The notes under the pieces are model-generated. The model did not search any database. It saw nothing but the letters and a program-made list of their open reading frames with translations, and had not been told where the DNA came from. From positions 1 through 64,000 of the forward strand of contig CAZUFC010000021.1 in the NCBI GenBank assembly GCA_964619725.1: DNA of 64,000 nucleotides, read 5' to 3'. Shown here piece by piece: positions 1-9,700 of this stretch. The translations under genes were made by a program, and so were the position numbers. The DNA comes from an uncultured bacterium. Lineage in GTDB: Bacteria > CSSED10-310 > CAZUFC01. Each line of letters begins with the position of its first letter. The stretch's first letter is position 1.

Positions 1-184
1 AAAGTATAAGCGCCGCCCCTGCCTCGCAAATCCTTACCATCCATGTCTTAAGAAAGATTCGCCCGTTTATGGATCAAAAACCGCAGTGACTGTCCAGCAT
101 TAAATTTTGAATCGAGATTCGAGTTTATGGACAGACACTAACTCGTAAATTTTTGCCTTTCTCGTCTGAAAAATTCGGCTATCA

Positions 185-210
185 TGTAACTTTTTAAAGG
201 ATGAGAAGTT
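185..210 (+). promoter_or_regulatory. Candidate ECF-sigma-dependent (autoregulatory) promoter
   Basis: TGTAAC (185-190), 16-nt spacer, AGTT (207-210) just upstream of the ECF gene and its GAGGAG RBS; fits the general ECF AAC-n16-xGT pattern. Confidence 0.45.
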
Positions 211-229
211 TTACTAATGAGGAGCGGCG

Positions 230-784
230 ATGAAACTGGGCGATGAAGAATTAATGATAATGTTTAAGTCAGGAGCAGATGAAGCTTTCGATATGCTCTA
301 TGAAAGATACAAAGAGAGAATTTACCGGTTTGCTCTGACCTCGACCAGGAGCCGTGAAGAGGCTAAGGATGTGGTTCAGGACGTATTTATGCGAGTAATT
401 ATTTCCGCATCACGCTATCAATCCCGGGGAAGATTCAAAGAATGGATTTTTCAAATAGCGGGAAATCGAATCAGAACATTGATGAAAAAAAGGAGAGATG
501 AAAAAAGCGCCCGTCCAAACGGCAAAATTGACGTAACCACCCCAATGAACAGCGAACAAGGCAATCAACTGAAAAGAATGCTGCACCTGGAGCTTCTTGG
601 GGAATCATTGAGCTGCCTGTCGGATACTCAGAGGATGATTCTTCTTTTAAAAGAAGTTGAAGGCATGGATGTGCGCAGTATAGCGAACTGCCTGGATATG
701 TCGTCTGGAAACATCAGGGTTCATTTGCACAGGGGAAGAAAAAAAATGATCGATGTTTTGAATAACCTGGAGAAAAAGCAATGA
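230..784 (+). CDS. RNA polymerase sigma-70 factor, ECF subfamily
   Basis: Region 2 (AFDMLYERY..AKDVVQDVFMRV..FKEWIFQIAGN) and region 4 (LLLKEVEGMDVRSIANCL..IRVHLHRGRKK); RBS GAGGAG. Confidence 0.93.
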   Translation: MKLGDEELMIMFKSGADEAFDMLYERYKERIYRFALTSTRSREEAKDVVQDVFMRVIISASRYQSRGRFKEWIFQIAGNRIRTLMKKRRDEKSARPNGKIDVTTPMNSEQGNQLKRMLHLELLGESLSCLSDTQRMILLLKEVEGMDVRSIANCLDMSSGNIRVHLHRGRKKMIDVLNNLEKKQ

Positions 785-1308
785 GGGAAAAAGAGGATAG
801 AGAACATTGTAGGTTAATCCAGAGATATTTAGATAATGAGCTTGATGAAATTCAAGCTGATGGGTTTGAAAAACATATGAAAGCTTGCAGGAAATGCAGG
901 AAGCGATTTGAGTCGTTTAAGCAATTGTCTGAGAGGCTCCCTGAACTTTTTGATTGCAGGCTTCCTGATGAGGTAGACCTGGAGATAAGACGGAGATTGA
1001 ATGCCGCCCTGAGCCGGTGGTCAGAGAGGGACTCCGTATTAGACCTCGAAGGTGCGGCGCGCCTGTTAAGTTTACCGGTGACCGCTCTGGCGGATATGCT
1101 GGATGAACTGCCTGCTTTTGAGGTTAACGGTCGGATAAGGTTTCTCAGGGAGCGACTTCTTGAATGGGCACGAGAGCGTGAACGCAAGCTTATGATGGAG
1201 CGGGCGGCGCATACATTCGGTTCGGAGAAAAGGTTTTTCGTTATCGAAGGGGGAGCGGAAGAACCTGATGTCGACGCTCAGGAGAATGGAATTTTATGGA
1301 AAGGATGA
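781..1308 (+). CDS. Zinc anti-sigma factor (zf-HC2) fused to an excisionase-like HTH_17 domain
   Basis: N-terminal IQRYLDNEL..HMKACRKC (HxxxCxxC); C-terminal VLDLEGAARLL..LPAFEVNGRIRFLRERLLEW; no hydrophobic TM; ATGA overlap with the sigma gene. Confidence 0.8.
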   Translation: MREKEDREHCRLIQRYLDNELDEIQADGFEKHMKACRKCRKRFESFKQLSERLPELFDCRLPDEVDLEIRRRLNAALSRWSERDSVLDLEGAARLLSLPVTALADMLDELPAFEVNGRIRFLRERLLEWARERERKLMMERAAHTFGSEKRFFVIEGGAEEPDVDAQENGILWKG

Positions 1309-1312
1309 TGTA

Positions 1313-2884
1313 ATGAATAAAGAAGAATCAAGGGAATTCACGATTGAGCTTTTTGAAAGATTAGGAAGATTGTTGACTAACGGCGCTCCATTAGTGTCTG
1401 CGATGAGAGTTCTGATGAAGGAAAGGTTTACGGAGGGGAAGGCTTCTGAGCTGATGAATTTTATGACCGACAGTATAGAATACGGCAGAACTTTTTCTGA
1501 AGCTGCAGGCGCTGTAGGGATGTTCCCGGATGAGCTTCTGACGCTGCTGGCGAATGCGGAGGAGAAGGGGCGTCTGGATGAGGTTCTTTCATCAGTGACG
1601 GACTGCATAAGAAGCGGTGATTTCGCGGTAGGATTGCCCTTGAAAACGGCGAAAATCGCTGAAAAGGCGATATCGGATGAGAGTGAAAAGGCGCCTGATC
1701 TGGTAGAGGAAATTATACGAAAAGCGTTCGGCGCCGGGGCGACGGATTTACACATTGAGCCTGATGGAGCCGGGGCCGCTATCAGGTACAGAATCGACGG
1801 AAGGCTTCATCCGCGACCGGAGAGAGTAAAGGCAGGGATATTGCGAGCTGTCGTAAGCCGTATAAAGATAATGTCGGGTATGGACGCAGCGGAGAAAAAA
1901 CTTCCTCAATCCGGGAAAATAACAGTATCGAGAAGCGAATTGGGCGGCATGGATAAAGAAAAAGGAAAAATGCATCTAAGCGTATCGATTTGTCCTTTCT
2001 TTCATGGCGAAAAAGTCGTTATCAGGTTTCTGGATCAGAATGTGTTTCCGGACAGGCTTGAAAAGATAGGATTAACGGGCGATAAACTTAAATCAGCAAA
2101 AAACTTCATCGAACGTCCGGATGGATTGCTGGTGGTCACGGGGCCTTCAGGATCAGGCAAGACGACTACACTGCTGATGCTTCTAAGCGAGACGGCAAAG
2201 CAGCAAAACAGAAACGTAATATCCCTGGAAGAACCTGTGGAGGTTCTATTGCCGGGCGTCAATCAGATGCGGATAAATCCGTCGATTGGACTTACTTTTT
2301 CATCCGCCGGCCGTTCGATATTGCGTCAGGACCCTGACGTGATATGTATCGGGGAGGTCAGAGACCCGGAGACTGCCCTTCTGATAGCGAAAATCGTGCA
2401 AACGGGACATCTGGCATTGACTCAACTGCATGCCGGAGATTGCGTATCGGCTCTTAGGCTGCTGAAAGACCTCGGTGTTCCCGCTTATTTGTTAAATGGA
2501 ATGAATATGATGATTATAGCGCAGAGACTGGTGCGTAAACTGTGCGATAAGTGCAAGAAATCGCTGTCAGCAAATGAGCGGCAAGAATTACCGGAATATC
2601 TGAAAAATTCGGAAGCGACGTTTTACAAGCCTGTGGGATGCAAGCAATGCAATAATATTGGATTCAAGGGAAGAATTCCGCTGCATGAATTCCTCGAACC
2701 TGACAATGCACTGAAGTCGCTTCTGTCGCGAAACGCTGCGGCAGATGAAATGAGAAAATCACTTCCCGATAAACATCGCTTTCTTCTTGATGACGGGATC
2801 ACTGCGGTAATGAACGGTGTAACGACTCTCTCAGAAGTTATTTATGAAACCGGGGCATTGAGTCAGACCGCCGACCGCTCTTGA
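1313..2884 (+). CDS. GspE/PilB-family secretion ATPase with an N-terminal T2SSF (GspF/PilC cytoplasmic) domain
   Basis: Walker A GPSGSGKTT, SLEEPVE, Walker B DPDVICIGEVRD, TGH..LH, CxxC..CxxC; N-terminus LGRLLTNGAPLVSAM..GRTFSEA..FP..AEEKGRLDEVL. Start moved from 1268 to ATG 1313 (AAGGA RBS, no overlap with the upstream gene). Confidence 0.85.
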   Translation: MNKEESREFTIELFERLGRLLTNGAPLVSAMRVLMKERFTEGKASELMNFMTDSIEYGRTFSEAAGAVGMFPDELLTLLANAEEKGRLDEVLSSVTDCIRSGDFAVGLPLKTAKIAEKAISDESEKAPDLVEEIIRKAFGAGATDLHIEPDGAGAAIRYRIDGRLHPRPERVKAGILRAVVSRIKIMSGMDAAEKKLPQSGKITVSRSELGGMDKEKGKMHLSVSICPFFHGEKVVIRFLDQNVFPDRLEKIGLTGDKLKSAKNFIERPDGLLVVTGPSGSGKTTTLLMLLSETAKQQNRNVISLEEPVEVLLPGVNQMRINPSIGLTFSSAGRSILRQDPDVICIGEVRDPETALLIAKIVQTGHLALTQLHAGDCVSALRLLKDLGVPAYLLNGMNMMIIAQRLVRKLCDKCKKSLSANERQELPEYLKNSEATFYKPVGCKQCNNIGFKGRIPLHEFLEPDNALKSLLSRNAAADEMRKSLPDKHRFLLDDGITAVMNGVTTLSEVIYETGALSQTADRS

Positions 2885-3211
2885 TCAGATACGAAACAGA
2901 GCGGTTCGGGAAGGATAGTGAATTCACGGCAAACCCTCTTTTTCATATATTTCGGTCGGGCCGACCATGATTGAGGATAACTGCTTGCCGTCATTCTTTC
3001 GATGGTCTTATAAAGATCAGGCGGCGCCTGTCCATAAAGTCGTATGCAATTAAAATTCTGCTGCCGGACGGAGCAGCAGGAAAGATTCGCCGCTTACGGA
3101 CAGAGACCATTCAGGTATAATGCAGTCCGGGAACTTGAAAACAAGCAGGTTTTGAATTAAAATTTGTAATGTTGAAACGCCGCCGGAAGGCTTTCGACCT
3201 GACGATTACAT

Positions 3212-4852
3212 ATGATTGTCCGCCGACGAAATGAACGTGCAAGGGTAAAATATTTGGAATATGAAAGTAAATCAAAGGAAGAGTTGATATCCGATATCAG
3301 AGCGCTTATGAAGCGTCTGGAAACTTTTGAGTTATCGGCTCAGCTTTTCGGGCATCCAGATGATCCTTCCCTAAATGAAAGCGACCGGATGCAGGGATTA
3401 AACGGCATTCTTAACGCCATTAACGACGGCGTTTTCATATTGAATGAAAAGGGCGATTTTACTTTCATCAATGAGGTGATTGAAAAGCGTTCAGGGATTC
3501 CAGGCCGGGAATTTACTCAATTAAATTTCATGGATGTCGTGATTCCGGAAGAAAGGCCGAAGATAGAGGAAAAATTTAAACGGTTAATGGCCGGAGAAGA
3601 TGTGGGGCCGTACGATCTCACTTACAAGACCGTCAAGGGTGAGAATATGCTTGTCGAGATCAACTGCAAACAGCTTTACAGGAACGGCAGGATCGTGGGA
3701 ATGCTCGGAATTTCCCGCGACGTGACCGCAAAGCGCAGAGCCTTGAAAGCATTGAATCAGGAGCGTAAGCAATTGTTGTCGATCTTCGACAGTATAGACG
3801 AGCCGATTTATGTGAGCGATCCGCAGGATTTTGAGATACTTTATGCGAATAAGGCATTGCAGAAAGTGGTGGGCGATGCTGTCGGACGTAAATGCTATAA
3901 AGCGCTCCAGGGCCTGGATGCTCCATGTTCTTTCTGCACGAATAAATATATTTTCGGGGAAAACCGGAGCGAGGTATATATTTGGGAATTCCGGAATAAA
4001 ATCAATAACCGGTGGTATCACTGCATAGACAGGGCGATAAAGTGGCCGGACGGTCGTGAGGTGAGATACGAAATGGCGATCGACATAACGGACAGGGTAA
4101 CTGCAGAGGAGGAATTGTGTCGAGCTTACGAGCAGATGGAGGATAGGGTAAGGCAGAGGACGGAGGAGCTGGAAAATGCTGTAAAGGATTTAAAATCTTT
4201 CACTTACACGGTTTCCCACGATCTCCGGTCACCACTAAGAAGCATACACGGGTATTCGGAAATGCTTCTGCAGGACCATTCTGAAAAGCTTGACGGGAAA
4301 AGTGAAATTTATCTGACCCAGATAAATAATGAAGCAGTCAGAATGGGGCAGCTTATAGACGACCTGTTGACTTTTTCCAGGCTGGGCCGTCAGGAATTAA
4401 TCATGACGAATATCGATATGGATAAACTTCTGGAAATTGTTCTGAAAGAGACAACTCAGCATGCAAATACCAAAAATGCAATATTTGAATGCAGTAAATT
4501 GCCTCGCGCCTTAGGGGATCAGTCCCTGATAAGGCAGGTCCTGGTTAACCTGATTTCCAATGCTCTGAAGTTTTCCGGCAAGGAGCAGAAATCCATCATA
4601 AAAATTAAAGGTCATGCTGAACGGGATCAAAACGTTTATTCCGTTGAAGACAACGGTGTGGGATTCGACATGATATATGCGGATCGTTTGTTTCAAGTTT
4701 TCTATCGATTGCATCCTCAAACAGAGTTCGCGGGTACGGGCGTAGGACTGGCGATAATAAAAAGGATAATCGAAAAGCACAAAGGTCAGGTCTGGGCAGA
4801 GTCTGAACCGGGCAAAGGGGCCATTTTTTATTTTACTCTTCCGACTTTTTAA
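3212..4852 (+). CDS. Cytoplasmic PAS-PAS sensor histidine kinase
   Basis: Two PAS domains; H-box TVSHDLRSPL; NLISNALKF, DNGVGFD, GTGVGL boxes. The true start may be the TTG at 3254. Confidence 0.92.
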   Translation: MIVRRRNERARVKYLEYESKSKEELISDIRALMKRLETFELSAQLFGHPDDPSLNESDRMQGLNGILNAINDGVFILNEKGDFTFINEVIEKRSGIPGREFTQLNFMDVVIPEERPKIEEKFKRLMAGEDVGPYDLTYKTVKGENMLVEINCKQLYRNGRIVGMLGISRDVTAKRRALKALNQERKQLLSIFDSIDEPIYVSDPQDFEILYANKALQKVVGDAVGRKCYKALQGLDAPCSFCTNKYIFGENRSEVYIWEFRNKINNRWYHCIDRAIKWPDGREVRYEMAIDITDRVTAEEELCRAYEQMEDRVRQRTEELENAVKDLKSFTYTVSHDLRSPLRSIHGYSEMLLQDHSEKLDGKSEIYLTQINNEAVRMGQLIDDLLTFSRLGRQELIMTNIDMDKLLEIVLKETTQHANTKNAIFECSKLPRALGDQSLIRQVLVNLISNALKFSGKEQKSIIKIKGHAERDQNVYSVEDNGVGFDMIYADRLFQVFYRLHPQTEFAGTGVGLAIIKRIIEKHKGQVWAESEPGKGAIFYFTLPTF

Positions 4853-4874
4853 AAATAGAATTCGTCAATGATCG

Positions 4875-4937
4875 AAAACGGGTAGATCAGGAAAGCAATA
4901 CATTTTGTCATCCTGTTCTGATCAGTCCCGTTTTTTT
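4875..4937. terminator. Probable intrinsic terminator between convergent kinases
   Basis: AAAACGGG-TA-GATCAG...CTGATC-AGT-CCCGTTTTTTT imperfect hairpin with A/T tracts on both sides. Confidence 0.5.
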
Positions 4938-4982
4938 CAACCAGCGTCTGAACGATCTCACATTTTTAAGGCGGGACAGGCG

Positions 4983-6134
4983 CTAGTCAGCGTCCCGAAG
5001 CGCCGGGATGGAGAAAACGAACCGACTTCCCTGTCCTTGAGGACCGTCTTCGACGTAAATGTATCCCCCGTGTGATTCTACGGCCATGCGGCAGAATGCC
5101 AGCCCGAGTCCTGCTCCTTTCCTGGCGCCTTTTCGTCCCGGCAGATGCGTAAACTTCTCGAATATCCTTTTTCTTTCGTCCGGAGGAACGCCAGGCCCTT
5201 TGTCCATTACGTGAAACTCGACGTAATCGTTTTTATCTGAGGCTTCAATGACGATATTTTCACCGGTCGGAGTATATTTTGCGGCATTGTCCAGCAGGTT
5301 GAACAGTATTCGTTGAAGTATTTCCTGATCGGCCTTAATGCGGGGCAGATTTTCCGGAATTTCAGTACGAACGGATATTTCATCGTCCTCCAGCAGTATT
5401 GACTCATCTTCGATGACCTGATCGATTATTTCTTTAACCGCGATAGGCTGAAGGTCCAAATGCATTTTCCCTTCTTCAAAGCGGGCCATCTGCAGGAGCG
5501 TCTCCACGAGCCTCAACATTCGTTTTACGGACCGTTCGATAGTTCCAAAGAGTTCATCAGTTTCGTCGGTTTGATTTTCCGAAGGCATCAGATGTTTGAG
5601 TATGGAAAGGCTGCCGGAAATCAAACCTAAAGGGTTCTTGAGATCATGCACGATCATGTCGGCCAGTTCTTCCCTTAGCCTCAGCATTTCTTTCAGACGT
5701 TCCTTTTCCGTATACAGGGCTTTTACTCGACCTTGAGCCAGCACGAAGGAGCGCCCCAGGCTTATACGCGATACGTCTGATTCTGAAAGTCGATCCATAA
5801 GGCGAAACACCAGGGTTATCGCTAGTTCGGGATTCTCATTTAGGGCTTTCCTGAACTGTTCCTTCGGCAGCATAAAGATGTTCGATTTTTCTTTCGCCAT
5901 AACGGTAATCGAACGTACGTGCCCCGGTCTGACCGCGGGTTCTCCGACGATTTCTCCCGGCATGATGTCGGAAAGGTAATGAAATGTGTTCTTCTCTTCC
6001 CGATACATCCCCAAACGGCCGCTTTCCAGGTAGTATATCGAATCGCCCATCGTTCCTTGTCGTATTATAACTTCACCGGGCGCTACGGTAAGGGATTTTC
6101 CGAATTTCTTGAGAGCTTGCGTGAATTTGTTCAT
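4983..6134 (-). CDS. cNMP-binding-domain histidine kinase
   Basis: N-terminal CNB (GEVIIRQG..PGEIVGE..RSITVMA); H-box VHDLKNPL; NLLDNAAKY, DKGPG, GAGLGLAFC. Confidence 0.9.
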   Translation of the reverse strand: MNKFTQALKKFGKSLTVAPGEVIIRQGTMGDSIYYLESGRLGMYREEKNTFHYLSDIMPGEIVGEPAVRPGHVRSITVMAKEKSNIFMLPKEQFRKALNENPELAITLVFRLMDRLSESDVSRISLGRSFVLAQGRVKALYTEKERLKEMLRLREELADMIVHDLKNPLGLISGSLSILKHLMPSENQTDETDELFGTIERSVKRMLRLVETLLQMARFEEGKMHLDLQPIAVKEIIDQVIEDESILLEDDEISVRTEIPENLPRIKADQEILQRILFNLLDNAAKYTPTGENIVIEASDKNDYVEFHVMDKGPGVPPDERKRIFEKFTHLPGRKGARKGAGLGLAFCRMAVESHGGYIYVEDGPQGQGSRFVFSIPALRDAD

Positions 6135-6628
6135 TTTTCTGATATGAATTTATCTTTCTTGACGCCGCATACCGGGCATACGTCCGGAAGATGACCATCC
6201 GCGATATAGCCGCACACGGTGCAGATATAATAGGTGGTTTCCGTTTCCTCCATCAGATGAGCCATAGCTTTTTTGTATAATTCGGCATGCACGTTTTCAA
6301 CGTCTCTGGCCTGAGCGAATATTATGCCTGCTTTAGAATCATTGGCTTCAGCGGCCAGTTTAATGAATTCATCATAGGCTACTCCCGCAATCTGGGTTTC
6401 AGCTTCGAAGCCCGATTCCAGGTTTTCCTCGGTACTTTTTATCGGCGCCAGCATCTTGTAGGTGCGTTCTCCGTGAATTTCTTCCGAACGCGCTATAGCT
6501 CTGAACAAACTCGCTATTTGAGGATAGCCTTCTTCGTCAGCCTTTTCCGCGAAAACTTTCAGCCTTAATGCGGCTTTGGCTTCTCCGACATAAGCATCAT
6601 AAAAAGCTTGTTTGAGATCATCTTTCAT
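6131..6628 (-). CDS. rbr: Rubrerythrin family protein
   Basis: Diiron motifs GEAKA..EEGYP..EEIH..ENVH and C-terminal rubredoxin CTVC..CPVC. Confidence 0.92.
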   Translation of the reverse strand: MKDDLKQAFYDAYVGEAKAALRLKVFAEKADEEGYPQIASLFRAIARSEEIHGERTYKMLAPIKSTEENLESGFEAETQIAGVAYDEFIKLAAEANDSKAGIIFAQARDVENVHAELYKKAMAHLMEETETTYYICTVCGYIADGHLPDVCPVCGVKKDKFISEK

Positions 6629-6710
6629 CGTAATTTCCTTCCTCTCGTCATGCAGTGGACTTTAGCGGTTATTTCAGCATCAGTCAGCGATACGATTCTA
6701 CACCCTTCCG

Positions 6711-9700
6711 TCAGGATAAAACAGCCCTTTCCGAATTAATCGATTGATAAAGTTGTTTGAGATATTCAGCAGGTTCGCAATCCAGTTCCTTGCGCAGGAA
6801 TTCAGCGAATTGATGATAGGCGGCTACGGCAGCGGATGAATGACCTGATTGTGCATGAGCCTTCATTATGACGGCAACGACGTCGTCATTAAGGGGGTCG
6901 ATGTTGTGGATGAGTTCGGCGACTTTGAGAGCATCGTGCGTGAATCCGGCTTTAAGCGCTTTTTCAGCAAGCGTCAGTCCTGTGTTGGCGAATTCCAGGT
7001 TAAACCGGGTACGATAAGGTTCTATCCAGGATTCATATCTGTCTTCGGAGAGAAATTCTCCCTGGAACAGTTCGGCGGCGTCTTTAAATTTCCTGTAGCC
7101 GGAAACGGGGTCACCCTGTTCCAGAGCGCTTTTGACGGACTGGATTCTATTCTCGAACATGGTGTAATCGACTTTGGAATTTTCCGGCAGAAGAAAAGTG
7201 TAGTGGTGATCGCAGTTAAGGATATAGGGTGACTGAGCGTAACTGGAGAGTTTGGGCTGAAGGGCTCGCTTAATGTAATAAATGGCGTTTCTGAGTTTAT
7301 TGTAGCCCTGTTTCAGATCGGAATCCGGCCATATGATGTCAATAAGCACTTCTTTGTGAACAGGTTTTCTTCTGTTTATAAGCAGATACTTGAATATGCT
7401 CTTGGCCTTGGCGGTCACCCACATCGAATTTTCAATGGGCTTGTCTGAATCGCCGATCCATACCTGGAATTTCCCAAAACATTTTATCTTTAGCGGCTTA
7501 ATCGATTCAGCCCGGTCCCGGACTAAGATTTCGTTCGCTGCTTTTTTTACGGATGGGGCTCCTTCAGATGCTAAATGTCGTATCGCTGGATAGAGGTCAT
7601 CCAGTTTCCCCAGATTCTCCAACGCAGCAAGAGCCGCCTTTTGTATACGTTGATTTTTATGAGCCAATAGTTCGCTGAGGAACTTCCTGTTTTTCAACTG
7701 AAGAAGAAGACCGGCGGCATAATCCGTTTCAATGTCCTTCTCCAGGGCCCTGACCAGGATTAGGGAGCTTCGTGTGCCGGAACCGGCGGTGAATATGTGA
7801 TGAAAACCGTGCATGCGGGTTAGCTCAAGACATTTTTTCATGTATTTTTTCAGTCCAGGTTCGGCATTCTCATTCATACAATTCACGGCCAGGAGATAAT
7901 ATATTGATGCGACCATAAGATAGTTCTCTCGTTTTTTGAAAATATCGAGGCTTTGGAGCAGCCTTTTTTCTGTTTCCGCCGGATTTTTATGAAAATCTAT
8001 CGTTGTTCTGGCTTTGGCATAAAGGGCCATACCGAGGTATTCGTCATTTCCTGACTGTTCTGCTGAACGGAGATATTCATCAGCATAAAAAAGCGCCGAA
8101 GCTTCTTCTTTCGTATGTTTAAAGTAGTTCTGCATGCCTGACAGATAAAGGACTTTAGGGCGGGAGAAAGGCCTGGGGCTGAGACGCTTTTTCATCCGGT
8201 TCAGCAGCGAGAAAGCCTCGGCGGACATATTTTTTTTCAACGCGATAAGGACAAGCGAATAAAGCGATTCGAACCAATATGGTTTCGATCCGTATTTTAC
8301 AGCCAGTTCCAGGACTTTTTCGAATTTATTTTCAGCTTCGTTGAGTCTCCCCATATCGCGAAAAGCGACTCCTGCCGTTGAGAGGCAATCGCAGAGCATA
8401 TCGATACGGCCGAATTTTTCAAATATCGGCGCCAGAGATTCACATTGCCTTACGACGATTTCATTTTGTCCCGCTTCGGCATGACAGAGTTTGACGATAT
8501 CCATGGATGTTTTGGCATAGTCCAGTTTATCATTCGTTTGCAGGGCGAATTTCAGGTTTTTCTCCAGTATTCTTTTTTTATCCGAGATGCTGCAACCAGC
8601 GGCAGGGCATAGACATTGAAGCGTTTCGAGGAACAAGGAAGATTTGGTTACCTTATCGCCGGCGATTTCCAGCGCTTTACTGCACAATTCGGTCAGTTCA
8701 TCATATTGCAGAGTGTATTGATAAGAGTATCCTTTCAGGGCATAGGCGTTCAGCATACCTTCAACGTTGTTCTGATTTTTGAAAGTATCCAAAGCTCTAT
8801 CGATGAGTTTACGGGCTTGATCCAGATCGTCGTTCCGAATGAGCGCTCTGGCTTTTACAAGGAGAATATCCGGAAGACATTTCAAATTTTCCTCTGGAAG
8901 TTCAGCGCATATATTCTGCAGCCGGTTAATGCCGAAACATTTCAACTCATTGACGGAATAACCGTTAAAGACATCTGCAGCCTCAGAAAGCATACCGGCT
9001 TTAATAAAGTGCTCGGCGGAAAGAGACGGGTTCTTTTTTTTCCTGAACATCAGAGCCGCTTTCCGGTGCAGTTTTTGAACATGGGAATTTGAGGTTTGTT
9101 TTTTCAGGAGGTTATAAGCGTTTGTGCGCAAAAAGTCATGATAGCGATATTCAAGCGGCTGGGATGAAACTTTGAAAGTCAGGAGATTATTGTTTGCCAG
9201 TTGTTCCAGTAGATCATGGCTGTCGTTTCTGTTCAGTATTTCATTCAGCTCGTCAGGAATCAGAGGATCGAAAAGAGAAGAAGTGAGGACGAAATCTTTC
9301 AGATTCTGAGGAAATCCGTTGAATGTTTCTTCCAGAACATAGGAGGATATTTGCATTTCATCATTGCCTGGCAATAGGTTGTCCAGGTATTCCGACGGAT
9401 TGGAAATCGTTTCCATTCGTTCCAGCAGGAGCATAATCAGACCTGCGTATCCCCTGGAAATTTGATGGAGCCGGTTGGCTTTGAGCCTATGAGGTTGAGG
9501 GACATTTCTGAGTGAAAGCAGCATCTTTATGTCTGTTTTTGTGAGGATGAGGTCATTGTCGAATATTTCGTTCAACCATTGCCTGGATCGGTTTAGAGAA
9601 ATGTTCTTGAACGAAAAACTGCGTCTGTTGCTTATAATGAGGTGCCCGTCTGGGGGGAAAAGACCGACGATACGATCCATCAGTTCACTAATGCGTTCAT

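Noticed and set aside
781-1308. Prophage/ICE suggested by the excisionase-like HTH
   Set aside because: No integrase, att duplication or phage genes; the domain is fused to an anti-sigma.
1268-1312. ORF-track N-terminal extension of the ATPase
   Set aside because: Overlaps the anti-sigma gene; a better RBS precedes ATG 1313.
2925-2970. GGCAAACC resembling a c-di-GMP-I riboswitch start
   Set aside because: No GNRA-capped stem or GCAAA second element follows.
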